Assembly (NCBI GenBank): GCA_963695345.1
Contig: OY968769.1
Location: 2,432,001 to 2,496,000 of the forward strand
DNA length: 64,000 nt
DNA from: an uncultured Methanomassiliicoccales archaeon
GTDB lineage: Archaea > Thermoplasmatota > Thermoplasmata > Methanomassiliicoccales > UBA472
Direction: 5' to 3'
Below the pieces are notes generated by a model, which saw only the letters and a program-made list of their open reading frames with translations, was not told where the DNA came from and ran no database searches. Position numbers and translations under genes: made by a program. Shown piece by piece: positions 20,496 through 31,104 of the stretch (position 1 is its first letter; each line of letters starts with the position of its first letter).

Positions 20496-20906
20496 TTAGT
20501 CCTTCTCCTTGGCCTTGTTGACGAACTTGAGCCCAGACCACGTGTCATCGATGGAAGACACCTTGACATCGACCATTCCGTTGGTGACTCCAACCTCGCG
20601 CACCATCGCGCCGGTTAGGTCCGTCTTCATCTTGGAAGAGCCTTTCGGCCAACATACCCAGATGATGCCCTCGTGCTTGATGGACTCGAGGAGCTTGGGG
20701 AACGTGGTGTCCACTTCTTTCTTGCTCTTGCTGAACATCTGCACAAAATCAAGCTCTTCGGTGATATCATCGACCACCACAACGTTCTTTGGAAGCCTGC
20801 CGAGGACCTCGTCGAATCCCTGGGGTGAGTTGATGAACAGGAGTTTCATCCCGTCCTTTATTCCAAGCTTTGTGACCAATGATTTCTTAGATCCAATTCG
20901 GGCCAT
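20496..20906 (-). CDS. DUF3052-like protein
   Basis: LVTKLGIK...GIIWVCWPK...GMVDVKVSSIDDTWSGLKF. Confidence 0.8.
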   Translation of the reverse strand: MARIGSKKSLVTKLGIKDGMKLLFINSPQGFDEVLGRLPKNVVVVDDITEELDFVQMFSKSKKEVDTTFPKLLESIKHEGIIWVCWPKGSSKMKTDLTGAMVREVGVTNGMVDVKVSSIDDTWSGLKFVNKAKEKD

Positions 20907-21049
20907 GGGATTTCCTTTCGGGGAGCGGGTATCACCTAAAGTAGCATTTGACTTTTGGTATACGAGCCCGGAGATAGCGTTCATCATTAATAAAATGTCG
21001 ATTCTCTTGGAGACTCAAAATCGACTATTATTTGGATGTCTGGGTATCC

Positions 21050-21697
21050 CTAAAACTTGTGCCAGGCTCCTATCTCGGCCTTCATGTCCTTGGAACCGAA
21101 GAGCGCGCTGCCCGCGGCCAGGGCGGAAGCACCCGCCCGGACACACCTTGAACCGGTGTCGGCATTGATGCCCCCGTCGATCTCAATATCGAATCCCAGG
21201 CCGTTCTGGTCCGCATAGTCCCGGGCCATGGTTATCTTGGGGACCACCTCTTCCATGAAGGATTGTCCCCCGAAACCGGGATGGACGGTCATGATCAGCA
21301 GGAGATCGATCTCATTCAGATAGGGCAGCACGGCCTCGAAGGGCGTCTCCGGGTTGATGGAGATGCCCGCCCGCTTTCCCATCGAACGGATCTTGGACAG
21401 AGTCCCGGAGATATGGTCCGAGGCTTCGACATGGATGGTGATGAAATCGGCACCGGACCGGGCGAACGCCTCAATGTAGCGTTCCGGTTGGACTATCATC
21501 AGGTGCACATCGAAAGGGAGCTTGGTATGCGGCCGGATCTTCCTGATGACCTCTGGCCCTATGGTGATGTTGGGGACGAACATACCGTCCATCACGTCGA
21601 CATGGACCCAGTCCGCACCCGCCTCCTCGATCCTCCGCACCTCGTTCGCCAGCGCCCCGAAGTCTGCCGAAAGAATGGATGGAGCTACCTTGATCAT
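21050..21697 (-). CDS. rpe: Ribulose-phosphate 3-epimerase
   Basis: IKVAPSILSADF, HVDVMDG.FVPN, DVHLM, MTVHPGFGGQ, IEIDGGIN. Confidence 0.96.
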   Translation of the reverse strand: MIKVAPSILSADFGALANEVRRIEEAGADWVHVDVMDGMFVPNITIGPEVIRKIRPHTKLPFDVHLMIVQPERYIEAFARSGADFITIHVEASDHISGTLSKIRSMGKRAGISINPETPFEAVLPYLNEIDLLLIMTVHPGFGGQSFMEEVVPKITMARDYADQNGLGFDIEIDGGINADTGSRCVRAGASALAAGSALFGSKDMKAEIGAWHKF

Positions 21698-21714
21698 CTT
21701 GACACGCCTCCTAC

Positions 21715-22134
21715 CTATGGGACCACCATGACCGGCACTTTCGAGAACTGGACCACCCGGGAGGAGACGCTTCCCATGAGGAAGCGCGCCAAACCGCTGA
21801 TGCCCCTGGAACCTACGATCACCAGGTCATAATCCTTCTCTGAGAGGTCCAGGATGGCCTCTGCCGGATTGCCCAGCATTACCTTCTGGAGCGTCCTCAG
21901 GCCGGCCTCCTCACAGACCATCCTTGCCTGATAGAGCTTCATCTCGCCCTTGGCCTGTTCCGCCTCCTCCGTCGTCGGCATCCCGGTGTAGTAGGCCGAC
22001 TCGGTCGGTTGGAGCACATGAAGGAGGGTGATCTCGGAATGGAACGGGGCGGCGATATCTGCCGCCATCCGTGCCGCGCGGAGCGAGTTCTCAGAACCGT
22101 CCACTCCGACCAATATCCGGTTGAGCACAGTCAT
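21715..22134 (-). CDS. Universal stress protein (UspA family)
   Basis: ILVGVDGS, DLVIVGSRG...GSVS..V....PVMVV. Confidence 0.92.
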   Translation of the reverse strand: MTVLNRILVGVDGSENSLRAARMAADIAAPFHSEITLLHVLQPTESAYYTGMPTTEEAEQAKGEMKLYQARMVCEEAGLRTLQKVMLGNPAEAILDLSEKDYDLVIVGSRGISGLARFLMGSVSSRVVQFSKVPVMVVP

Positions 22135-22234
22135 TCGATCGTCCGGTGATGGAACCAGACGAACATAATGTTGTCGATGTTCGGGCGATACTCAGGGCAA
22201 AACGTTAAAATGAAGGTGAGCGAATGCCAGACTC

Positions 22235-22447
22235 ATGGCAGAGACCCACCATGCGGTAGAGAAAGAGGAACCCTGTGACGTCGCAGGATGCGGAAAACCG
22301 GCCGAGAGGTCAATTTCGCAGAACAGCGCCCAAGAGGCAGGGCTCGCTGTCGATGAGGACCTGAAACGGGTCCATCTGTGCAAGGAGCACTACAAGTCCT
22401 ACAAGAAAGCGACGAAGACTGAGAGAAAGATCGGCTCCATACGTTAG
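22235..22447 (+). CDS. Small zinc-finger protein
   Basis: CDVAGC...HLCKEH ligands and a basic C-terminus. Confidence 0.7.
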   Translation: MAETHHAVEKEEPCDVAGCGKPAERSISQNSAQEAGLAVDEDLKRVHLCKEHYKSYKKATKTERKIGSIR

Positions 22448-22498
22448 ACGGTAACAAACCCGGAAAGGATTAAGGCCTGCGAAGGTTTCCACCGGTGG

Positions 22499-23599
22499 AT
22501 GAAGGTCGCGTGGATCCAAGTTCTATCCAGCGCTGGGCTTTCCGGCTCCGCGTTGCTGATCCCGAACATGCTTCGGGGGGATTTTGGCGCCAACACCATC
22601 GAGATCGGCCTCATCACCGCAGTTTTCAACGCCGCCGTCTTCTCCTCCTCATGGATATTCGGCAGGGCCACCGACGTACACGGTAAAAGACGCATATTGC
22701 GGATGGGGCTGCTGATAACCTCCATCGCCCTTATCCTTCAGGTATTCGCCCACGACACCATGATGCTGGGCCTTTCCCGGATATTCGTGGGAATGGCCTG
22801 CGGCATCTATCCCTCCGCCCTGCTTTGCCACGTATACGAGAGCGACAAGAAGGTGGGCAAGTTCAGTGCCTTCGGCAGCCTGGGCTTCGGTGTCGGAACC
22901 TTCCTGGCAGGCGCCATCGGGATATATTACGGCATATTCATCGTGAGCGGGGCCATGCTCTTCCTGGCGTTCCTCATCTCGCTCTATCTGCCGTTCCATG
23001 CGGAGCGTTGCCATAAGGTACCATATTTCCCGGCGAAGATAATCAGGCGCAATTTCCCGGTGTACATTTCGGTCATGTTCCGGCATATCGGCGCCAACAT
23101 GATATGGGTGGTTTACGCGCTGTTCCTGGCCGACCTGGGGGCGGACCCGCTATTCATCGGTCTGGTCTACGGCATCAATGCCGGGGCCCAGTTCGTTTTC
23201 ATGAACTTCGTCGATCGTTTCGGGTCGAGGAGGCTGGTGCTCTTCGGGTTCATATTCTCCATGCTGACCTTCCCATCGTACACGCTGGCCACCAGCTACT
23301 GGATGATAATCCCGAGCCAGGTGATGATCGCCGCCTCGTGGTCCTGCCTCTATGTGGGCTCGGTCAAATACATCATGGAGCGGAACGAGGAGAAAGGGAC
23401 CAGCGCCGGACTGCTGCAGTCCTTCCTCAGCATCTCGGCGATCGCCGGGGCATTGATCGGAGGAATGGCCACCTTCAGCCTGGGATATCATGGGACCATG
23501 TACTTGGCCACGGTAATGGCCGTGCTGGGCCTGGTAGTGTTCTTCTTCAGCAACAAATGGATGGAGCGCCACGACGCAAAAGAGCTTAATGCATCATGA
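22499..23599 (+). CDS. MFS transporter
   Basis: GRATDVHGKR and VDRFGSRR motif-A repeats; about 12 TM helices. Confidence 0.9.
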   Translation: MKVAWIQVLSSAGLSGSALLIPNMLRGDFGANTIEIGLITAVFNAAVFSSSWIFGRATDVHGKRRILRMGLLITSIALILQVFAHDTMMLGLSRIFVGMACGIYPSALLCHVYESDKKVGKFSAFGSLGFGVGTFLAGAIGIYYGIFIVSGAMLFLAFLISLYLPFHAERCHKVPYFPAKIIRRNFPVYISVMFRHIGANMIWVVYALFLADLGADPLFIGLVYGINAGAQFVFMNFVDRFGSRRLVLFGFIFSMLTFPSYTLATSYWMIIPSQVMIAASWSCLYVGSVKYIMERNEEKGTSAGLLQSFLSISAIAGALIGGMATFSLGYHGTMYLATVMAVLGLVVFFFSNKWMERHDAKELNAS

Positions 23600-23600
23600 T
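23576..23600 (+). repeat. 25-bp direct repeat, left copy (attL-like)
   Basis: GCAAAAGAGCTTAATGCATCATGAT, identical to 24692-24716; contains the MFS stop codon. Confidence 0.95.
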
Positions 23601-24076
23601 TTGACTGGCTCAGGGGCTTCGGGGCAAGCTTGTCCATCGCTGCGGCAAGACGGTCCTCCGTCACACCGATATAGCACTTGAAGGTCGTGTTCGGGTTGTC
23701 GTGCCTCATCAGCAAGGCGATCGTCTCCAATTCTACACCCTGCTCCCAAAGCCGATATCCGAATGTCCTCCGCATGTCGCGGGGGCGGAACTTCACTCCT
23801 GACGCCTGCGAAATCTCCGCCACTTGATGCCTCGTCGACTTGGTTCATTGGCTTCGGGCCGAATTTCCCCGTCCACATGAGGAAGGTCCCGTTCGCCAGA
23901 AACTTCGCTGCCCGTAGCTCCATGGACTGCTCGATGTATGCCTTGGCGTACTTGTTTGCCTTCTGCCAGGCGACTTTCCCACCGTTCCTGCCCTTCCCCC
24001 GGATCATTGACCCATTCAGGGACAGGAATTCCAAGGCGTTCACCTGTGTTAGCCTGCACATGTCGACCGGACGCAA
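23594..24076 (-). pseudogene. Tyrosine recombinase C-terminal fragment (frameshifted, no N-terminus)
   Basis: RPVDMCRL (Arg I), IRGKGRNGGK (Lys), then after a shift RPRDMRRTFG...LMRHDNPNTT..Y (HxxR-like motif, His, Tyr). Confidence 0.85.
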
Positions 24077-24077
24077 C

Positions 24078-24444
24078 CAATATCATCGGAGCGGCACCGG
24101 GAACGCACTACCTCGACATCTCCGCCGACGGCAACTGGACTGTGACTATCGAGCAACCGAGGACGAGCTCGGCTCCAGCAATACCGCAGACCCTCACAGG
24201 GACGAGCGACGACGCCAAGGCGGTCATGCTGACGTCCGGGGCGATCAAGTTCGACATGAGCTATATCGGGGACGGCAACTTCATCGACCTGGTTTACGAC
24301 GCTGATGGTAATGCTGAGGGGTTGCTCGCCAACGAGATCGATACGTACTCCGGATCGAAGTCCATCAGCGTGACGACGCCCGGGATACACTACCTCTACA
24401 TCACCGGCATCGGCTCCTGGAGCATCACCGTCACGCATCTGTGA
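24078..24444 (+). pseudogene. C-terminal fragment of a beta-sandwich surface/lipoprotein
   Basis: GTHYLDISADGNWTVTIEQ...LLANEIDTYSGS...PGIHYLYITGIGSWSITV is an internally repeated module with no start; it abuts the integrase fragment. Confidence 0.6.
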
Positions 24445-24691
24445 ATGGAATTTCGGGATAGCTCCAAACCTCAAATCTATCGACCAAAGTGGAGTTCCTG
24501 CTTCTTCAGGCCGTGCTTCCCGTTGAGGGCCGAATTGTCGGCAATTATGTACTCATCGCAGAAGTGACAGAGGTTGTGCTGTCTATTACCACAATGTTGC
24601 CCCGCCTTTGGTCAACACCGGCCATCTCCAAGAGTGAAAGGACCTGTTCCCGGACCTTGCCCCTTCCGTCCAATCCAGTCAGACGGACCGG

Positions 24692-24716
24692 GCAAAAGAG
24701 CTTAATGCATCATGAT
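24692..24716 (+). repeat. 25-bp direct repeat, right copy (attR-like)
   Basis: Identical to 23576-23600; ends 13 bp upstream of the rnz GTG. Confidence 0.95.
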
Positions 24717-24729
24717 ACGATGAGGGGCC

Positions 24730-25704
24730 GTGGAAATCGTCTTCCTTGGGACTGGAGGTAGCGTACCGACCAGAAATCGCAACACCAGCGCTACCGCGGT
24801 CCGGGTCGGGTCGGAGATATTGCTGTTCGATTGCGGTGAGGGGACCCAAAGGCAGCTGATGAGTTCCACCGTCTCCTTCATGAAGATCACCAGGATCTTC
24901 ATCACCCATCTACACGGAGATCATTTCCTGGGCCTGCCCGGTCTGATCCAGTCGATGAACTTCGCCGGACGGCTGGAGCCTTTGGAAATCTACGGTCCGG
25001 AAGGAACATCGACCACCGTCGACACGATACTGAACCTGGGTTATTTCCAGGCCGGGTTCGAGGTGGTCGGCCACGACGTCGCTGACCTTGACGCAGTTCA
25101 TGGAAAGGGCTATACGGTCAAGGCGGTAAGGACCGACCATAGCATTCCCTCGTTCGGTTTCGTTCTCAGCGAGGATGTCCGGCCAGGTAAGTTCAACAAG
25201 GCGAAGGCGATGGAACTGGGGGTGCCCGAGGGCCCTTTCTATTCCAAGCTGCAGTCCGGTTCCAGCGTCAATGTCGATGGCAGAACGATATCGCCGGAGA
25301 TGGTCATCGGCGACCCCCGGCCCGGGCTCAAGGTGGCATTCTCCGGAGACACCAGACCGAGCGAGCATTTCATGGAATCGGTCCTGGGATGCGACCTGCT
25401 GGTGCACGAGGCGACCGCTGACGTCTCGTTGCAGGAGAAGGCGAAGGAATTCGGCCATTCCACCGCCCGGGATGCGGCCACCATCGCCCTGTTGGCCGGT
25501 GTCAAGGCCCTCTACCTGAATCATTTCAGCGGCAGGTACGAGGACGTCGGCCTGCTGGTGGATGAGGCCCGGGACATATTCCCGAACACCTTCGCCTCCG
25601 AGGACCTCATGGTCCTGCAGGTCAACTATGACGGGACGGTCACCTCAAAGCAGCTTCAGCACGTCCGAGCTGGTTATGATCCCGACGATCGAGCCCTTCC
25701 TTGA
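24730..25704 (+). CDS. rnz: Ribonuclease Z
   Basis: FLGTGGSVP..RN, FDCGEGTQRQ, THLHGDH, exosite GVPEGP, SGDT, HEAT, HFSGRY. Confidence 0.95.
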   Translation: MEIVFLGTGGSVPTRNRNTSATAVRVGSEILLFDCGEGTQRQLMSSTVSFMKITRIFITHLHGDHFLGLPGLIQSMNFAGRLEPLEIYGPEGTSTTVDTILNLGYFQAGFEVVGHDVADLDAVHGKGYTVKAVRTDHSIPSFGFVLSEDVRPGKFNKAKAMELGVPEGPFYSKLQSGSSVNVDGRTISPEMVIGDPRPGLKVAFSGDTRPSEHFMESVLGCDLLVHEATADVSLQEKAKEFGHSTARDAATIALLAGVKALYLNHFSGRYEDVGLLVDEARDIFPNTFASEDLMVLQVNYDGTVTSKQLQHVRAGYDPDDRALP

Positions 25705-26208
25705 TACGAGCACGGCGTTGGAGGCCGACAGCAGCGAGGTCACCACTTCGACGGCGGCCTCCTCGCTGACTATGGGAAAGGAATCCATCATGATGGAGCC
25801 GACGCTCTGTTCTCCGAGGTCCTCCATCTTGGTGCCGTCCCGGAGCATGCTCAATATCTTGAACTCGCTGATGCTCCCGACATGCTGGACACCGTTGAAG
25901 ACCGGAAGCTGCGAGTAGCCGCTCTCCCTCATGACCTCGGTGGCCCGCTTGACCTTCTCATTGGACTGGATGCTGATGATGTTGGTGGAGGCGACATCCT
26001 TTGCCCTCATCCCCTCGCGCCTCTTGCTCATCTCCTCCTGCAGGACCTCGAAGATCCTGACAACGGCAGCATAACTCCCCTTGATGCTGCCCCTTTCCAT
26101 CTTGGCAATGGTCGATTGACTTACACCGGATAGCGAGGCCAATTCGGACTGGGTGATGTCCAGGCTCTTCCGCAATTTCTTGATCTCGGTCTCATCAGGG
26201 AACTTCAT
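25645..26208 (-). CDS. Cro/C1-type HTH plus CBS-pair transcriptional regulator
   Basis: LRKSLDITQSELASLSGVSQSTIAKME HTH; YSQLPV and VGIITSSD CBS motifs. Confidence 0.88.
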   Translation of the reverse strand: MKFPDETEIKKLRKSLDITQSELASLSGVSQSTIAKMERGSIKGSYAAVVRIFEVLQEEMSKRREGMRAKDVASTNIISIQSNEKVKRATEVMRESGYSQLPVFNGVQHVGSISEFKILSMLRDGTKMEDLGEQSVGSIMMDSFPIVSEEAAVEVVTSLLSASNAVLVSRKGSIVGIITSSDVLKLL

Positions 26209-26366
26209 GGCAATACCCACATGTTATTAGTCATATATGAATAATTGAGTCAATAGGGCTTATATGACCGAACCAATTACAAGCGCCTAGCTCAGTTCCC
26301 GGCCAGACCTTGTCATCCATTTGTCTGGTCAAGGGATTGTGATTACATAACGAACAGGTGACCATC

Positions 26367-27650
26367 ATGGCATCCAAGCCGATCAAGAAGACCACAGCAA
26401 AGAAGCCAGCGGCAAAGAAGATCCAGAAGAACATCATTATCGAGAGCTTGAACCTGACTCCCATCGAGAAGCAGAGGGTAGAGCTCGTTGAGCGCAAGGG
26501 CCTGGGACACCCGGACACGATCTCCGACGGATTGGCAGAATCGGTCAGCCGAGCGCTCTGCAAGATGTACCTGGACCGGTACGGGGAGGTCCTCCACCAC
26601 AACACCGACCAGAACGAGGTAGTGGGCGGACAGAGCGCCCCCAAGTTCGGCGGCGGAAGAATGCTGGAGCCCATATATATCGTCCTGATCGGCAGGGCCA
26701 TAACTCAGGTGGACGGCGAAAGGCTCCCGTATGCCACGACCGCCATCGGAGCGGCCAAGGATTACCTGAAGAACTTCCCGCACCTGGACGTCAACAACGA
26801 TGTCATTGTCGACTGCAAGATCGGGAAGGGCAGCATCGACCTGATCAAGAACTTCGAATCCCTCGCGGACAAGTGCAAGATCAACGGCAACCAGAACAGC
26901 TGCATGCTGGCCAACGATACGTCCTTCGGATGCAGCTTCGCGCCGCTCTCCCAGACCGAGACGGTTACGCTCGAGGTCGAGAGGTACATCAACGGCGCGA
27001 TGAAGAAGAAACTGAAGGAGACCGGTCAGGACGTCAAGGTCATGGCCGCCAGGAACAACGACAAGATCACCCTGACCATCGCCTGCGCCATGGTGGACAA
27101 GTTCGTCCCGGACGCCGACCACTACGTCAATGTCGTGCAGGAGATGACCGAGCGGGTGTCCGACTACGCCTCGAAGTTCACCGAGTACGATGTCAAGGTC
27201 GACATCAACCACGCCGACGACTACAAGAACGGCAACTACTACCTGACCGTGACCGGCCTCAGCGCGGAGAACGGGGACGACGGCTCTGTGGGCCGCGGAA
27301 ACCGGGTCAACGGCCTGATCACCCCCTACCGCTCCATGAGCATGGAGGCGTCCGCCGGAAAGAACCCGATCACCCACGTCGGCAAGATGTACAACATCCT
27401 CGCCAACTGGATCGCCCGGGACATAGTCAAGGAGGCCGGCGGGGACGTTCAGGAAGCCCAGGTCAGGATCCTGTCCCAGATCGGAAGGCCGATCAACGAC
27501 CCGCAGACCTGCAGCGTCCAGCTTATCCTGGGAGATGGTGTTAACTTCGAAAAGACCCAGAAAAAGGCCCTCGCGGTGGCCGACAACTGGTTCGAGAACA
27601 TCAACAAGGTCACGGAGAAAGTTGTAAAAGGCGAAGTAACGGTATTCTAA
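26367..27650 (+). CDS. mat: S-adenosylmethionine synthetase (archaeal type)
   Basis: ELVERKGLGHPDTI, LHHNTD, ANDTSFG, GDDGSVGRGNR, GKNPITHVGK. Confidence 0.95.
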   Translation: MASKPIKKTTAKKPAAKKIQKNIIIESLNLTPIEKQRVELVERKGLGHPDTISDGLAESVSRALCKMYLDRYGEVLHHNTDQNEVVGGQSAPKFGGGRMLEPIYIVLIGRAITQVDGERLPYATTAIGAAKDYLKNFPHLDVNNDVIVDCKIGKGSIDLIKNFESLADKCKINGNQNSCMLANDTSFGCSFAPLSQTETVTLEVERYINGAMKKKLKETGQDVKVMAARNNDKITLTIACAMVDKFVPDADHYVNVVQEMTERVSDYASKFTEYDVKVDINHADDYKNGNYYLTVTGLSAENGDDGSVGRGNRVNGLITPYRSMSMEASAGKNPITHVGKMYNILANWIARDIVKEAGGDVQEAQVRILSQIGRPINDPQTCSVQLILGDGVNFEKTQKKALAVADNWFENINKVTEKVVKGEVTVF

Positions 27651-27653
27651 GCG

Positions 27654-28238
27654 ATGAAACTCGTTGATTTGCCCAGATATGGTCCGGTGCACCGGTTCGC
27701 CGATTACCACGTCTTCAAAACCCTTTCCATCCTATCCGATGGGAAGCGCAAGGGGCGCAAGCAACTTGCAGACATGGTCAATGTGGGCGAGGGCAGCATG
27801 CGGACCATCATCGAATACCTGCGCGACCGGGAGATGATCGATGTCAAGCAGACCGGCGTCAAGATCTCCAGCAAAGGACACGAGTTCCTCGGCAACCTTC
27901 CCATCTACATGGAGAGGGTCGAGCCTACCGACAGTACGCTGGGTGAGAGGAGCGCGGCGGTGCTGGTCAAGGGCCAAAGCATGAAGATCAAGTTAGGGGT
28001 CGAACAGAGGGACAGCGCCATCAAGGCCGGGGCGGAGGGGGCGACCACCATCATCGTCTCCGGTGACCACCTGATCGTCCCTCCGGATTATGATCTGGAT
28101 GTCGAACGGCCGGAGTTCACGCAGACGCTGAGGAGACTTCTGGCACTGAGCGAGGGCGATGTGATAATCATCGGCACCGGGAAGACCTACGATAGGGCGG
28201 AGGACGGTGCCCTGGCGGCCGCCTTCGAACTGATCTGA
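27654..28238 (+). CDS. wHTH protein, DUF2111/DUF4443-like
   Basis: GRKQLADMVNVGEGSMRTII HTH; GVEQRDSAIKAGAEGATT. Confidence 0.75.
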   Translation: MKLVDLPRYGPVHRFADYHVFKTLSILSDGKRKGRKQLADMVNVGEGSMRTIIEYLRDREMIDVKQTGVKISSKGHEFLGNLPIYMERVEPTDSTLGERSAAVLVKGQSMKIKLGVEQRDSAIKAGAEGATTIIVSGDHLIVPPDYDLDVERPEFTQTLRRLLALSEGDVIIIGTGKTYDRAEDGALAAAFELI

Positions 28239-28696
28239 CAATGCCCCGCCCATAGACCATTTGGAATAAACGGGTTCTCGGGGTCAATCCGCCTCGCGCA
28301 TTCCGCCCCATCATCTCTTTCCCTCGCGGTCAGGATATGGAAATGCCATATGACCGTTCCACTGGCTGTTTTTGATGGATGGGGGCCGTTGTCGGAATTT
28401 CCCATTAACAAAACAGACGACTTGTGCAGCAGGCCGTCCCGATGATCATTGTCTCACTAACGTTACAGAATTTCACAAGGTAGCCTTTTCTGAGGCCATC
28501 GGTCAACACATTACCTGGGGATTACTCGATCCAGAAAACGAGACCAGATGGTTCGTCGATTCGTCAGGAATTGACTGGCGGAAGCGAACGGTCCGAATAT
28601 GTGAATTCTGACAATTCCTCGTTGGACGAGGGTTGAAATATTGGATAATACATCCAACTACTAGGACCGGTCAAAAACCGGCGGGTGGAGTTTGTA

Positions 28697-30587
28697 ATGA
28701 ATGTGAAAAGCATCATCGCATGTTTCATGGTTATTTCCTTCATGTTAATGAGCGCAGTTCCGGTCAACGCGGCATCGTCCCAAGCGACCGCGGCAGTACT
28801 GATCGATTTCGGCGATGGCACCGCCTATTGGGCGGACGTGCCGGTCGGATCGGATATGAACGCGTTCAATCTGACCACTGAGGCTACCACAGCATTGAGC
28901 CTCCCGATCGACTATACGGTCTTCTCCTGGGGAGTATCGGTCAACTCGATAGGTGGGTATACTGGGGGCTGGCCTAACGAATGGTGGCATTTCTGGACCT
29001 GGAACACGACCACCAGCTCCTGGAGCATGTCCATGCTCGGTGCCTCCAGCGTCAATGCATCAAGCTACACCGCATACGCCTGGAGCTATGTCCAGGACAG
29101 GCCGGACTATTCCGCTCCCCTGCCCCAGTCCGACCCGGTGAACCGTTACAGCTGGGGACAGAGCAGGCACGATAACCTCAACACCGGTTACAGCAACATC
29201 ACCACCAGCATTTCCAATGACACGGTCTTCACGACCAACCTGAACAACGGCAAGATCGACCCGACCATGGTGGTCAGCGGATCGCGCATCTTCGTCGTCA
29301 CCGAGGGGATCTATAATTACACCACCTACTCGTACGACAAATCCCCCAAGGTATTCTGCCTCAATCTCGCTGGATCGATCGTCTGGTCCGCCAACATCTC
29401 CGGTGGCGGCTGGCAGCTGGCATCGGCCGTGGTCGCAGGAGACCAGCTCATCGTCCCGTCCACCGACTGTAACGTGTACTCGTTCAGCGTTACGAACGGT
29501 TCCTTGCTCTGGACCTATGCACTGCCCTTCTCATGGACCGGGATCACTTCCTCGCCCATAGTCTATCGCGACCAGATCATAATTGCCAGCGGTGACGGAA
29601 ACGTAACTGCGCTGGCCTTGAACGGCACCAAGCTCTGGAACACCAAGATAGCGTCTTCGATCTACTTCTCTGCCCCGTCCGTGAAGGATGGAGTGATCTA
29701 TGTCGGTTCCGAGGACAGCAAACTGCACGCAGTGAGTGCCAACGGTTCCGGGGAGGCATGGAACGTAACCGTGCCCGGTAAGGTCCGCAGCTCGCCTCTG
29801 CTGCTCGGAGACAAGATCGTGATCACATACGCTGTCTACAGCGGAATGGTGGCCATTGATGGAGGGGTCGCAGCATACAACTATACCGGTGTGCAAAAGT
29901 GGAACGTGAACATTAATTCCACCTCCTCTTCGGTGGCATGGACGCCTAAGGGCATCATCGCCACAAGTGTGACCGGTGCGACCATGATATCCGAGGAGGG
30001 AGCCGTGCTCTGGAGCAAGGACCTCGGCGTGGTCAAGAGCTCGCCCGGCGTGAGCCGGTCCGGAATATACCTGGTCAGCTACGGGACCCCGGCTACCCTG
30101 ACCATGCTGGACTTCAACGGCACAATGCTGTTCAACAAGACCCTTTCACCATCTGACTATTCGATGGTTTCACCGACGATCGCGAATGGAAGGGTCTATG
30201 TGGCCGCAGACAACGGTTACGTCTACTGTCTGGAGAACCTGCCGCCCGTGCTGACCCTGTCCAGCGCCGTTGTCGATCAGCATGAAGGTGACGTTCACCG
30301 CCCAAGCCATAGATGCGGAGGCGGTCACGGTGACCTGGGACTTCGGCGATGGCAACACCAGCACAGGCTTGGTGGTCAACCACACCTACGCAAAGGCCGG
30401 CAACTACAGTGTCGCCTTCTGGGCAACGGACGCACAGGGAGGAAATGCCCATGAGGTGTTCACGGTGAACGTGGCAGCGATCGCTGCCGAGACCGACAAC
30501 ACCTTGCTGTACGGCGTAGTGGCCATAGTGGCCATCGTCCTCGTGGCGGGTATCGTGGTCTTCTTCATGAGGGGCAAGAAGAAGTAG
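28697..30587 (+). CDS. Cell-surface protein: DUF4430-like domain, PQQ-type beta-propeller, PKD domain and C-terminal TM anchor (frameshift near 30275)
   Basis: Signal peptide; IDFGDG..VNSIGG..WWHFW; repeated SSP....IYVGS.D..L.A...G...W blades; WDFGDG..NHTYAKAGNY PKD motif; TM helix plus KKK tail. Confidence 0.8.
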
Positions 30588-30595
30588 GTGGTCAA

Positions 30596-31102
30596 ATGAA
30601 AAAAACAACACTGGTGGTCATTGCCGTCGTCGTGCTGGCAGCGGTGGTGCTGGTGAGCGGCATGGGGCTTTTCCCCGGCAGCTCCAGCAACGGCGCCAAG
30701 AACAAGACCGCGACCATGACCATCAGCTTTTCCGATGCCTCGACCAGTCACTTCCGGGGCAACGTCACCACCTGGTCCAACGCGTCCGGGAGCTGGACCT
30801 ACGAGACCCATGCCAGCGGCGACGGGACCACCCGGTTCGTGTTCGAGAACATGAGCTTCGGTTCGAACGTGATGGACCTGATGATGGAGTGTTCCAAGGT
30901 CGGCGATTTCACGGTGGTTCGGCAGGCCTACGTCGGGATGGGGACGATAATCCAGAGCTTGGACGGCGTCGCCAATGAGAATCCGGGAAGGGGCTGGCAG
31001 TACTACGTGAACGGGACCTATGCCCTGATCGCGTGCGACAAGACATTGCTCAACGGCGGAGAGGTCATCGACTGGAAGTTCGTCACGCTACAAGGAAGCT
31101 AG
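30596..31102 (+). CDS. DUF4430 (transcobalamin C-terminal-like) membrane-anchored protein
   Basis: IIQSLDGVAN...GWQYYVNG...ACD..LNGGEVIDW. Confidence 0.8.
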   Translation: MKKTTLVVIAVVVLAAVVLVSGMGLFPGSSSNGAKNKTATMTISFSDASTSHFRGNVTTWSNASGSWTYETHASGDGTTRFVFENMSFGSNVMDLMMECSKVGDFTVVRQAYVGMGTIIQSLDGVANENPGRGWQYYVNGTYALIACDKTLLNGGEVIDWKFVTLQGS

Positions 31103-31104
31103 AA

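Larger units (their letters stand above)
23576..24716. mobile_element. Collapsed integrative element remnant (about 1.1 kb)
   Basis: Bounded by perfect 25-bp direct repeats; contains an integrase fragment ending at the left repeat and gene fragments. Confidence 0.8.

Noticed and set aside
25645-25704. 60-bp convergent overlap of rnz and the HTH-CBS gene
   Set aside because: The overlap is a non-conserved-looking C-terminal run-on of RNase Z; this is common and uninformative.
26343-27710. Long antisense ORFs (also 17319-18536, 32021-33307, 45505-46971 and others)
   Set aside because: These are shadows of GC3-rich genes on the opposite strand and carry no recognisable motifs.
28240-28696. Cobalamin riboswitch upstream of the ECF operon
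   Set aside because: The conserved B12-element motifs could not be located. Only generic inverted repeats are present.
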